The notes under the pieces were generated by a model. That model ran no database searches and was not told the DNA's origin. It was given only the letters and a program-made list of their open reading frames with translations. From Takakia lepidozioides (lineage: Eukaryota > Plantae > Bryophyta), in the NCBI GenBank assembly GCA_030704615.1, contig CM060731.1:86676001-86740000 (forward strand): a stretch of DNA of 64,000 nt, in the 5' to 3' direction. The position numbers and the translations under genes are program-made. The stretch's first letter is position 1, and each line of letters opens with the position of its first letter. Below are positions 10,625 to 23,084 of this stretch, piece by piece.

Positions 10625-13600
10625 ATGGCTTCCTCTGAAGCGGAGTTCTTCTCTGACGACAAACCAATGTCGTTCTCCAAGGAAGCCCTTGACAATGGAT
10701 TCACAATTGTTCTGGAACATGTCTTGGCTACCCGGTTTGAGCTTCAGAATGGCTTCATCTTCTTGGAGAAAGAGGTGTACGATTTGGAAGGGAAGTTGTT
10801 GAAATACTCTTTCCAAAACCGTGATCAGACGGCTCATGTCAGCCAGTGGAGAGTGTGCCCTGGTCGATACAGAGTACTTGGAGAGCCTCGGCAAAAGTCC
10901 ATTGGATCATATGTGACGCCCGGGACTGCTGCTTCAGTCGTTGAAGACAAGAGGGAGGTGGTGGTGAAAAAAGAACAGACGTCCTCCACTCCAATCGTTG
11001 AGCTTTTGGATTCGTCCGATGATGACATAAGTGAAATTCCAAATCCAGTCCTTCCTACTGTAGTTGGAAAAGCGGATGAAGAAGAGATTTGTAGTGTCAT
11101 TCCAAAACTACGGGCGATGGGAGGAATGGCAGGTTTCAAAAGTGAGTTGTGAGGAATTGATTGGGAATCTTTGAAGCAGGTGCCTATGAAGTTCCTGCGA
11201 GAGACTTTTGATGGCGATATCCTATTCGAGCTGCCTCCTCCTCCGCGAGTTGGAGGTGTAACAATCATGATGCACGGAATGGACAAGAAACACGACGGGC
11301 ACCCATGGTGTAGAACAAAAACATCCAATATTCAAAATGATGACAAGCTTATTTTCAGCAGAACAGTTTGCAATGGACACCTTAGGTGTGATAATTTGAA
11401 TTGCAGACACTTTCTTCAGTCTGGGGTTCATAATCAAAGCGAGTAGGAGGGTCTGGCGGAAAATCCATTTAAGCCTGGGACTGCCCCTCCACCGGCAAAC
11501 ACTTTCGTTTGCAAATTCTGCAAACTTGTGCCATGCTGCCTGGCGCTGTGCGGAGCAAGAATGTACTATGTTGTCCACCGTTTGAAAACAATGACAAGAG
11601 CTTGTATGCATTTCGGTTTCCATAACCATCCTGTCTCGAAGGGGGATTACAGGGAGAGTGTTGAGACAGTATCGAGGTTGATTAAACAGGAGTACGAGAG
11701 AAACCCATCCGCAACAACATCTGTAATTGCTCTTGGTGCAAGCAAGTCATTCTTGGAAAACCATATTTTGAGTGAAGGGGATTCTGTGGGGACTAAACTT
11801 GATGGTGCAGCATTGGACCTTATGATGGATCATTTCTCCACTTTGAGTTCACCTAACATTCGGCGATCAGATCAATGCATTGAGAATGGGCTCTGGGATC
11901 AGAGGCTACATAGACAACATTTTGGAATTGAAACGACTGAGCAAGTACGACTATATCCATGACAATGTTTTCCCAGGTCAAGGTGTCATCAAAGTATTTT
12001 TTTTTCAAAATGTCGACTGTTGGGGAGGGCAGTGGGGTAGCCTCGTGAAGCGGATGCAGAAGACTGGGGACTTGCAGAATTGTTTTCTTATGTTTGATCA
12101 TGTGAAACGAGTGAAAGATAGGACGACAATGGCTTGTCATATCTACGATCCAGTGTACCAACGAGTTATGACAATTGTAGTTTGTGACATGCAATCCGAG
12201 GATAAAAAATCCCAGAAACTCATGTGGAATTCCCTGATACGTGTTATGGGCTGCCATGGGGTGCCATCTCCAAATTTTGCAGGTTTCATGGCGGATAGTG
12301 CTCAGGCAAATTTCAATGCTGTTCGAATTGTCTTCGAATCGGGCGACCCAAAAGTGCCAATGCCGGGAAGAGAGCGTACATGTCTATTCCATTGGACACA
12401 ATCTCTGGAGAAACATACAAAGTCGGACATCAAACTAGAGATGCAGACTCAACACCGTAAATTGTGCAAAGAGTACAAAGATGCTAGAACACTGAAGGAG
12501 GCGGATACTTTGTTCCAGACAATTCGTGCCCGGTGGTTCTCTTCTGGAGCTGCATCACTTGAGAGTATGAGAGCATTGGAAGATTGGCTGGCATTTTGGC
12601 ACTTCCGGTACAGACAGTGGGGAGCAGGCATGACAATGGTGCGAGGCTTCTATTTCTTGCTTTATTCATACATTTACTTTCCATATTTTTGACTCCTTGC
12701 TTTCTTTACGTTGTTCCCTGTGCACTGTTCTGAAGTGTGGTTCTCCACTTTGCAGAACATGTCTATTGAGGAAATGGCGGACATGCCACCTTGCAATTTA
12801 GCAGAGACTGTGCACAACGCATGGTTGCAACAGTTTGGGAAACGAGGTCGGGATTTGTATGTGGCAACAACAGATGATTTGATACGTGCCTTGCAACAAC
12901 AAACCCAATACCGTGATTTCTTGCGAGGTGGGGTGATGGCAAGGGTCCGGACAAATTGGAGTTGATGTTGCGTGCTGCAAACAGATCTGGAGATCCAAGC
13001 AAGATAGCACGGGCGGTGAGCATGTATGCCCAGGGAACGCCACTTGTTTCTAGAGTTCCACATCTTGAAGGGGAAGAGAGATTCGGCTCGTGTAAGAGGA
13101 AATTGAACACTCCACCTGGTTTGGATTCCGATTCGCACAGGGCAGACCGTGATAACTTCTCGAAGCCTCGTGTTCCCTTGCATGACAGATCCATGTCCGG
13201 AACCTCCATTCTAGAAGAACCTCCAACACGACGGCAGGCTCCAGCATCAAACAGTGCCACTGAAATGGTGCAGGAGAGAAACAACCCCCTTGATGTGCTT
13301 GAGTCCGCATGCCCCAACCACGTTTGGCACATAAAACGCACAAGTGCAGGGTCTCGTGTGAAATGTACAGTGATCAGGGCAACTAATTTTGAGAAGTGCA
13401 CTTCATCTATATCCAAAGGTGGTGCCCGGACTCCTGCTCCGACTTTCACGGGTTTGATGCGTCCATACGGTCAACCAGAAGCCAAGAACCACAAAATCTG
13501 GTTCTATGCAGATGATTGTGGCAGATGTGTGCATGGAACTGTGCGTCCTTCCATGGTGATGAAGCCAGCTCCTCCAACCGTTTGGCCCGTCAAGGTGGGA

Positions 13601-14130
13601 ACACATCTCACAAGTCAGGAGATTGCAATGCTGGAGGAGGCAGGCTTTTCCCTTGCGAGACAACCCTAACTGCATGCATGTGCTACTACTTATGCGTCCT
13701 CTCGGGTCCCTCCAACAAATCCTCACTTGTGGCCAACCAAACGAGATGGAAAGCTCGTTCGGTGTTTCCCTCCAACCGCTGAACACTTTGGCAAAGTGGA
13801 GTCCGCAAGAATGCTCCAAGCTCGTGTTGCAAGCACCAAGGAAGTGCCCGATCCAGGATGTGGTCGGGTGTACACAATGATCACTTTGACATCTGTTGTT
13901 CATGACAGGGCCTACGACATCACGGTTTCCAATTTCCCCAATTGCACATGTCCTGATTTTGTGAATATGCTATCAACCAGTTTGGGCAAGAGAGGTAAAT
14001 TCATACCCTGCAAACATTTGTATTTCATATTTTTGAAGAGGATGGTTTGCGATCCAAACGTGACAACTTCGTTCACCAGGCCACTCTGAGTTTCAACGAG
14101 GTCGATACTCTATTGCAGCGGGATACAACA
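10625..14130 (+). pseudogene. MULE transposase with GCM-like (WRKY-GCM1) Zn finger, DDE core and SWIM finger; decayed
   Basis: HDGHPWCRTKTSN...CNGHLRCDNLNC...CKFC...C...HFGFHNHP; catalytic FDHVKR (D ~12096), MADSA (D ~12294), CLFHW (CxxH ~12381), NLAETVH (E ~12804); intron 12639-12755; SWIM CTCPDF..CKHLYF ~13940-14020. Several stops and frameshifts. Confidence 0.88.
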
Positions 14131-14766
14131 CATGGGTAGCATCAACTATGCAATGTGGTATGTGGACGACCATGCTATGAAATATGAAATTCAAATCAAT
14201 TCGTTTGCAACATCGTCGGCGGTGCAATGATATGGCGTCCTTTATCCCTCCATTATGCTTCCAACTATACTGAGTGAGCTCTGAGTGGCAACTTTTAAAA
14301 GCACATGCATCGTTGCACCGTTCGAAGTCTATATGTCTTCCTGTCCACTGCAATCATCTTTTGAAGATGATCCTAACTCTCATTGTTATTTGGGGAGGGA
14401 GCAAGGTCTTCCCGTGGCAGCCTCTATGGCGCACACTTTGTGAGGATATTTTCTCGTCCTCGTAATTGTAAAAGTGAAACAAACATTTGTAATAGCACAA
14501 TGTTGGATGCTACAATTGTAGGCCTCATGGTAGTCTTGATTGTATTCAGCCAAGGATTCCCTGCATTAATCCCACGGTCATAGGACCATCCTCGGTTATA
14601 GGCGGCGCATGTTAATGCTGACATGGCAGATGACGGCGCAGTGCCACGTCATCATTTGCCGCCACATCAGCCTGCTGACATGACGCTCACGCCACGTCAG
14701 CTGGCGTGAGCGTATGCTCGCGCACTCACGCGCAAGGCTCACGCCATTGCGTCGTTGCATTGGAGG

Positions 14767-15846
14767 AAGGGAGCCCGGTGTTCAAAATGCCAAAATGAAG
14801 GTCATACCACAGCTGAGTGCCACATGAAAGAGAAACATTGTGCTATCTGTAAGATGGATAACTTCCACGGAGAATTGTTATTACAACAGAAAATTAACTA
14901 CAAGGGAACCTAGGCAAATGAGGGTGCATCAAGTGCAACCCCAGCCAAGAAGAAACAATGACCAGGACCGCTATGGTAGGCCTGGTGGATATAACAATGG
15001 TATGGCAGGAAGAGGTAATCCAAGAGGGAATTACCAAGGCAATCCCGGAGGCAACTATCAGGGTAATCCAAGGGGGAATTACCAGCCAGGGAATCAGGAT
15101 TATAGAAATAATCCTAGAATAGACCAAGGGCGAGGACCCAATGGTGAAGAACTGTGTTACTATTGTAACCAGGCAGGACATCGCAAGGCAGCTTGTCCAT
15201 TCTGGATCAGACACCAGAATGAGATGAGAGCTCCTGTGAATGAGGGCCCGGTAGTGGCAGCTCACATGGTTATGCCATGTTTTGTACCAGAAGTAAGTAC
15301 AATGATAGTTACCAGAAGCAAGGCTAAACTGCCATCTCCAGTGGATGAGGAGGAAGATGTGAATGAAGATGGTAGTGATGTGCCTAAAGATGATGAGGCA
15401 TGGAGAGACAAGAAGGAACTGCACACGGAAATGGCAGAAGCTATAAGGGAAATGCAGAAGGAGACAGATATCCCTATAGTGGAGTCAACAGACTCTGAAG
15501 AAGAAAATGAGGAAGGTGAAGATGAAGTGAAGCAAGATGCTTCACAGGTTCAAGATAATGAAGGGGCTTTGGCTGAAGTGATATGCCAGTCCAAAGCCGA
15601 GATTACAATTGGACAACTATTGGCTGTGGCACCCCATTGTAGACACAGGTTGTATCAAGCAATCAATCAGATTGCTCATGTGACAGAGAATACAGACCTG
15701 AACAGCAAGGTGACAAGTTATAATGTGAAGCCTGAAGGGCAAGAAACTGTGTGGACTTTGATGATTCCATGCCAGTAATCCAATTGAGAATTGGAAGCAC
15801 AAACCTGACTGATGTGCTGATAGATGGAGGCTCAAGAATCAATATG
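14767..15846 (+). pseudogene. gag: Continuation of family-A gag (Zn knuckles) and start of the aspartic protease; truncated
   Basis: CSKCQNEGHTTAEC, CYYCNQAGHRKAAC, GNPRGNYQ repeats, then LIDGGSRIN at ~15817-15845. Confidence 0.85.
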
Positions 15847-17700
15847 GGGGTTGCTATTCCATGAGCTCATGAGCCATGAGCTCATGAGCGGGCATGGCTC
15901 ACCCATGAGCCGCAAAGTAACACACTTCGAGTTTCGGCAAATTTTTTTCGGGCCCAAAACTATAAAATAATTGAAAGTAATATAACAAGATAAGGTTTTC
16001 GAAGATTTCCGCGCTCATGCTGGAAGCACTCCGCTCATAAGTACCAGTGTCCGCTCATGACTTGGAGCCCAGGCTCATGGACCGCCAGGCCATGTCATAG
16101 AAAAACTGAATTCTGGGCAATAACGGCACCGAAATTATCCCAGAGGCAGAGACGCAAGCGGAATTATGATCCGGGTTTGCAGACTCCGAAAACGCAATGG
16201 CGACCTATAACCGTGGATAGTACAGTTGCAGAAGTGCAGGAAGGTTGGGTATAACGGCGCCGTAATTGGGCACAGGAAAAGAAATAGCCGGCTGAAGGCT
16301 CGGGAGTGAAGCCAATAACGGTGCCGAAATTGGGCTCCGCCAACCAAATACCCGGCTGAAGCCTCCGGAATGCAGCCAATAACGGCGCCGAAATTGGCCC
16401 CGGAAACCAAATACTCGGCTAAAGCCACCGGAGTGCAGCCGATAACGGCGCCGAAATTGGGGTCCGGAAACCAAATACCCGGCTGAAGGCTGGGGAGTGC
16501 AACCAATAACGGCGTCGAAATTGGGCTCCGGAAACAAAATTCTCGGCTGAAGCTTCCGTAGTCCATCCAATAACGGCGCCGAAATTGGGCTCTGGAGAGC
16601 AAATACCCGCCTAACGGTGAGGGAGTTTTGCAAACTCTCCTGAAACTGGTGCGGATTTGTCTAATAAAAGCACACATGTCGGAGGAAATAGAAGTTCTGC
16701 CGCATACGACATTGGCAGTGCAACAATGATATATCCCTCTTCCGTCGGCCTCGCTCTCATTTTGCTCTTCACTCTTCTCTGTTGTGCCCATCTCCTCCTT
16801 GCTCTGAGTTCTTGCTGTGTCGTGAGGCCATGTCGTGCCCGAATCACATCTATCGACGCCAGACGGGAGTCATTGTCCCGAAAGCAGACGACATCATTGT
16901 CTTCCTAGATGTTTACAGGGACGATCCTCGTCTTATCCAGCTGAGAGCAATGGACTTTCTTCTAGGATTGCACGATTCTCCTGGACCCCGGCTGGGGAGC
17001 AGGTGGTTCCTACGCATCATGGACCTAGACTTTCCGCTTGAGTGGGAGCCGAACAGATCACGCACAACGTTGCTGTATCGCTGGAATTGTTGCGAGTGGA
17101 CGTATGATGAGTGCATAGGTGAAAACTTCACGCGTGGACGGACTGGCTCGGAAAGTGGGAACATTCTCTTCAGGAGGGGAACACAGGGCCTACTGTGAAA
17201 ATGTCCTTCTACCAAGGGGGCGCTATCGATAAACACGACATCCTCGTTAGTTTCAACCGGGCGACAGAAACCGCTGACATTTTGTTCAAATATCGGCACC
17301 CGGTCACTCAGGAGGTCCTTGAGAGGCCAGTTCGAGTTCCTTCTTCTTGGGCGAGGGGACCATAGGTCTTGCATGCTAGAGTAGACATGTTTCGACTTGC
17401 CGACACTCATGGCACATACATTTAATTGAGGTTTACTATTTCATGAGCAGAAACCATGAGCCATGAGCCATGAGCCGCATGAGCCGCATGAGCGGTGAGC
17501 CGAAGTCTAAGATACGCGGATTTCATGAGCGGACTCCTCCAAATTTGGAAATGCGGCAGATTAAACAAGTATTAAAATAATAGTTTTTTTATTTGACCTT
17601 GCCGTTTTTGGACGTTCCAGATCATGTAATGCGGCGAAGATATGTCGTCAGTAACAAGTCCGCTCATGGTTTTTTAGATCCGCTCATGGAAATAAGTGAC
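15847..17700. mobile_element. Non-autonomous element(s) with CATGAG-rich terminal modules
   Basis: Begins GGGGTTGCTATTCCATGAGC, the same architecture as the MITE end at 57463. CATGAGC clusters at 15858-16080 and 17440-17690. No matching TSD found. Confidence 0.5.
16245..16615. repeat. Tandem minisatellite, ~6 x 64 bp, core ATAACGGCGCCGAAATTGG
   Basis: Cores at 16251, 16315, 16379, 16442, 16506 and 16570. Confidence 0.88.
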
Positions 17701-19356
17701 CGTGCAACGGGAAATCCAGTATACCACTACAAAAGGACGTCGCATACTGGCCTGTATAGAGTATTCCGCGGTTTTACATGCCTTAACATTGGAATGAAGC
17801 TGACCCTTTTGCCGCGATTGAACCAATGGAGTCTGCACCAATAGAGTCTGCAGTACTTTACAATTTTGTCTTCTTTGGGTATTCGGCGGGAAAGGTTTGC
17901 AACTGAACTGTGAAATAAGGTGCCGCATTAGGGTTCGCACGTGCGAAATTTCGGAGCGGTTTGGTGTTGGCGAAGGCCGCCTCTACCAGTACCTACGACG
18001 ATAGTCCACGAGACATGCTTCCAAGTGTTACGTTGCCTTGCCCAAATCTGGACGATCCCCCCCCCCCCAGACCACACTAGCGCACGTGAAAGGCACGGTG
18101 ACTCTGTGGCCAGAGAAGAGTATGAGGAAAGGTGAAAGTGTCAAGTGAGATTTCATGTTTGTAGTCCCTGTTGGGTGTGTATGATACTCATAGAAGTATC
18201 ATGTTACCAGTTTTGAACATTTGGGCCATATCCACTGGCCATGATAGTTTATGTAATGTCCGGCAACCATGTATGTTGGCATTTTGTCTTGCTCATACGC
18301 AGGTGTGCCGTGACGGTCTCTTATCTGAATGTGATATCAAATTTTCCTGACTTGTCGTCGTGTCCGTCCACCTTCTTGTGTATGTGTGATGGTCTTTGGT
18401 CTCCCTGGACTACGTCTATTTGGTTCATTAGCATGATGTTGGCATGCATCGTGGTCTGCATTCTTAGTTTCGCTGAGTATCATTGCTTCTCAATTCCCCC
18501 CGCAATTCCCATTCTAAAACCACTAGAATGCATCAAAACCGTACTTTCAGCTTAGAATGCAGGTCATTTGCAGAACTCACACAAACCACTACAAGTGCTT
18601 GTCTGCAGTGCTTTCCTAGTGTAGTGCAACCAACTAGCACAGTGGCAGCGGAGTTGGCCAAAGCAGTCCAGAGAGGGCACAACCACTCTGCGTCTTTCCA
18701 CTAGCAGTCGTACCCCTCACTACCATTGCATGGGGACGACGCCACGCGTCGACCCACACACTCTCCACGTGGTCCCCGTGGATTCGTCTGCCGGCAGTTT
18801 TGTAGTCGACTTTGCCAGTCTCTGTTGCCACCCGACATGTAGCACTGCAAGTTATGTAGCCGACTGCCACATGGCGTCCTAGGCCCGTGGCCTCACGGCA
18901 GCATTGCTGCTCGTCGCGGCGCCGCCATGTCGGCGTCCACGTCGGCATCCACATGTCACCGCGCCCCGGTGAATCAGTCCACTCATCCGGAGGGAGAAGT
19001 CATCAAAGTCAGCCCAAAAGGTCAAACACGCGGGCGGCCGGCTTGGTTACGCCACGTGGTTCTTCAGCATTAATCGCAATAATCGCTGAGCAGTTGTTTG
19101 TGCGTCTGCGTCCTTTACCACTCCAATCATTGGATGTCCAACCCAACTACCACGTCTGTTGTAACTAGTCGTTTGCAACTTCCAGTCGATCCCGGTTTTT
19201 TGACTTTTACGACTCAAAATGAGTCGTTACCCCAGTGGTAAATGACACGAATGCTTCTAGTGGTAATAGGAGAGAGAGGAGAGATAGACTTTGTCTCTAC
19301 CTATTGCGATTTACCGACGTGATGATTCTAGATGTGAGAGACTTGCCCAGGACTAG

Positions 19357-20310
19357 GGACAAACAGAATTGTCTTGTTGCTTGAAACAGGTGTTTCCTAA
19401 GAAATTAGGGGCAGCTGTGGTCTGTCTAGAGCATCGGTACTATGGAGAGAGTTCTCATTTCCTCAACTGACGACTGACAACCTCAAGTATCTGTCATCAA
19501 AGCAGGCTCTTTTTGATCTGGCAGAGCAGGTCTCTTTCTCCTCATGCGTTTGCCGAGCCACTTGCTTACTGGGGATATTTGTGTAGAGACAATCCATGTG
19601 TGCTGCAACGGTATATGTGAAAGTGACACCAACATATATCCCACTGGAGAGGGCTCGGATGATGCAATCTAATCTTTGGTGTCTGGCATGTAGGGAGTGG
19701 TCAACAAGAAGTACAATGGTTTGTATTTGGATTGGCATATCCTGGAGCACTGAGTGCATGGTTTCAGCTCAAGTTTCCACATCGGGACAAACAGAATTGT
19801 CTTGTTGCTTGAAACAGGTGTTGCCTAAGAAATTAGGGGTAGCTGTTGTCTGTCTAGAGCATCGGTACTATGGAGAGAGTTCTCATTTTCTCAACTGACG
19901 ACTGACAACCTCAAGTATCTGTCATCAAAGCAGGCTCTTTTTGATTTGGCAGAGCAGGTCTCTTTCTCCTCATGCATTTGCCGAGCCACTTGCTTACTGG
20001 GGATCATTGTTATTTGTGTAGAGACAATCCATGTGTGCTACAGCGGCATATGTGAAAGTGACACCAACATATATCCCACTGAGAGGGCTCGGATGATGCA
20101 ATCTAATCTTTGGTGTCTGGCATGTAGGGAGTGGTCAACAAGAAGTACAATAGGACTAGAGGGGACAACGCATGGTTTGTATTTTGATTGGCATATCGTG
20201 GAGCACTGAGTGCATGGTTTCAGCTCAAGTTTCCACATCTGGTGCGTAGTAGCCTGGCAAGCTCAGGGGTGGTCCTTGCAATCTACAACTATACTTTGGT
20301 TGATGAATAG
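19357..20310 (+). pseudogene. Serine peptidase S28 (prolyl-carboxypeptidase-like) gene fragments, tandemly duplicated (~427 bp unit)
   Basis: KKLGAAVVCLEHRYYGESS..TTDNLKYLSSKQALFDLA occurs twice, followed by NAWFV..GALSAWFQLKFPHLVRSSLASSGVVLAIYNY. Frameshifts and stops. Confidence 0.85.
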
Positions 20311-23084
20311 GTGCAGTTGACTATGCGTGGTACTCTAAAAGCAAGATTTGATTTCCATTGCGGGCAGGCACAAGAGGGCTTGGTGATCTATGTTTTTGTT
20401 CTATGTTCAATATACTGTCAATAGATCGTGTTTTATACCCCAAACACAACTGCTGCCATCCATTGGTGGGTGGGTCATAAAGGTTAATTGTTTGGAGGTC
20501 CTAAAGAGGTCCTATCCCCTAAGGTTTACAGTTGCAAGTTGTCTCATCTCATTGATCTTGTCTCCACCCTCCACCACATGGGTGGTATGAACTTTTTCCA
20601 TATATGGAGCTGCAAGTTGTCTCATCACAATCTTGTCTCCACCCTCCACTACAAGGGTGGTATGAACTTTTTCCATGTATGGAGACATCCAACTCTGGTC
20701 ATCATTCTTCAAGGTTTGCCATGCCAGGCTCCTTAAAGTAATGATCAAGTGACATCTTGATGTCTCTGCAGGTGAGTGACTTGATCAATTGCAGGGTTTA
20801 CATTTTCACACCTGACATTTTTGTGGCCATCAAGGATGTGGCATCTTTCCACATAGACACAGGTCAGTTACTATTTGTACGTTGTTTTACACCTGGATGA
20901 TCTGCCTTGCAACAGCCTGTAAATCCACACTTAACTCTTGCGTTAACTCTTGCTTTTTGGTGTCGTTTTTTTCCTGCCAGCCACCCTCCGTCGTCTGTCC
21001 AGCTTTCAGGCTCTTTATTTTACTGCCAAATAAGTGCTTAACTTAATGGGGTTTGCCATAGGTAGAGGCTATTCATTGATGTGATTATGTCCTGGATCTC
21101 ATATCTCTCAGAAGAACTAATGGGAGCGTTGTAAGCCTTTGAAATAGGGTTGTCTTGAATTATAGGAACAGTTTTTCCAACCATGTCCTTCCATTCTTCA
21201 CAGGACCACTCACTGTTAGACCTAAATTTTTTGCCAAGGATCCTGTAGTGGGCCTGAAGCAATGCATCCCTTGCTGCTCCTAGATTTATAGTTGAGACTT
21301 TCCCAACCTCTACTAAACTTCCATCGTGACTTTATGGACCATAGTTTGCTTGTGAATTTGGTGAATTTGCCTGTAACACGTGAAGCCCCACAAAGCCCCA
21401 CAAGTAGGTATGCAACAGCACAAAGGGTGTGGCAACTCTAAAAGAAATGGCCAAATCTTTCTTGCACAGTCAACAAAGATCTTTTTATAGGGAGTGAAGT
21501 GTGTTGTGGACAGTCTTGTGTAGACATCATGCTAGAAAATAGAATGGTGAATGTGGGCTTACAGTAAAAAAGAGAGAACAACTAGGGAAGGAGGAAGAGG
21601 GTCTCAGAAGGTTGAATGATGGATGCTTATAGGTGAAAGTGAGAGAAAGATTGTCCAAGTTACACACAGAGATCATTGAGGGAAAGACCATTGTATGAGT
21701 GCTACACCGCGCTGTTGAACTCACAGGTACTTGACCTCATCTCACGCAATTTATTGGTAGTTTTGAAACACTAGCAAGATAAGGTGTTTGTGAGTTTCTA
21801 CAAGCAATCATACATCTATGTTAGAAAGCAGGGCTCTGAGATTCAAAGACACGTCTTATTGCCTGTTGACCCCTTATTGGTAGCAGTAACTTTCACTGGA
21901 TTGAGTACAAAATTGATTAAGAGGAGTGTACGCATCGTCATCTAAGTAGAGAGAGCAGTCAGAGAGCAACTGGATGGCTCATTGCTTTAGTTTAGTATTC
22001 CACAAGCACGCACACAAGAGGTAGGCAATCAGCACCATGCCTTCACACTCATGGCCTGATTTCACCCAATCTCCAGATCAGGATCTGAGATTTTTGGTGA
22101 TTGCAGTGAAACTTCCCCTACTTGCTGAACAAAAGTGCAGGGACTCTGTTCTAGGGCTTCGCGTTGCTCCGCACTACTAGCGACGAATTCTGAGAACTAC
22201 TTTCAACCAAATGCTTACCAGCGTGTCCGACATGACCTCTGGCCTAGACATAGGTAGAAGAATGTTCAAATAGCAAGCCACAATGTACTTGAGAATCGAA
22301 TCTAAGCCAAGAGCCCACACATTTCTCTTTATAAACCCTCGGACCATTTCAGATGGTCGTCGTAAGCTTAAAAAACCAGGAGGGGACAAAACATGTAGCT
22401 TGCTTCATGCTAACCAAAAACTTGAGGCACAACTATCACAAACACTAGACTGTGCCACAGATCAGAAGTCAAGAAGCACAAAGAGGACAACTGCATATAA
22501 CAATCTTGAAGTATATGCCGAACACTTTCGTCTGCTCTTTGAAGACCTCGTAGTACGACTAGAAGATCCAGCGCAGGGGACAAGAACTGAAACAGAGAAA
22601 ACAAGCCGGCCAATTGAACATACATAGCTAGTATTCCCCTGCTGCATTGATCCTCAGCATAATCCAACAGGCCCATGCCATGTCTGGCATTAACATCATC
22701 TTCCACCTCTTAAAGAGATACTTGCCACCACAATGACTGATCCTTGAATCTACATCTGAACATACTTGACCAGGTATAATGCCAGGTATGAAACACTGAT
22801 GCCTTATACTCGATCTCCAGACAAGATACCTGCATCTGTGTATCCTTAGTCCATCCATCCTTAGACACCTTGTTGAGTGTTGACTTCCATGCCTAGTTAT
22901 CATTCCCGACGTGACGTGGCCTGGACGTGCGTCGCGTCACGTCACGTCGAATCCGAACGTTTATCCATGTAATTTTTATTTTTATTTGACTTTTACGATT
23001 TACTTCTACCCTTTGTAATGACATGGCAGCCACGGTGTAAAACAGATGTGGCCAATTATTAAAATTTATTAATTAATTAAAAAA

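Larger units (their letters stand above)
2836..14757 (+). mobile_element. Full-length Mutator-like (MULE) DNA transposon, 11.9 kb, with two divergent genes
   Basis: 9-bp TSD CATTGGAGG at 2827-2835 and 14758-14766. Imperfect TIRs: CAGGGATGCCTCGGCGTGAGCCTGG vs reverse complement of the right end CAACGACGCAATGGCGTGAGCCTTG. Subterminal GCGTGAGC/GCCACGTCA repeats. gag resumes after 14766. Confidence 0.92.

Noticed and set aside
18521-19262. CACTA element (CACTAGAA...TTCTAGTG)
   Set aside because: No 3-bp TSD (AAC vs GTA) and only a short terminal match.
21038-22903. Host gene exons
   Set aside because: Fragments have no identifiable domain or consistent splice structure.
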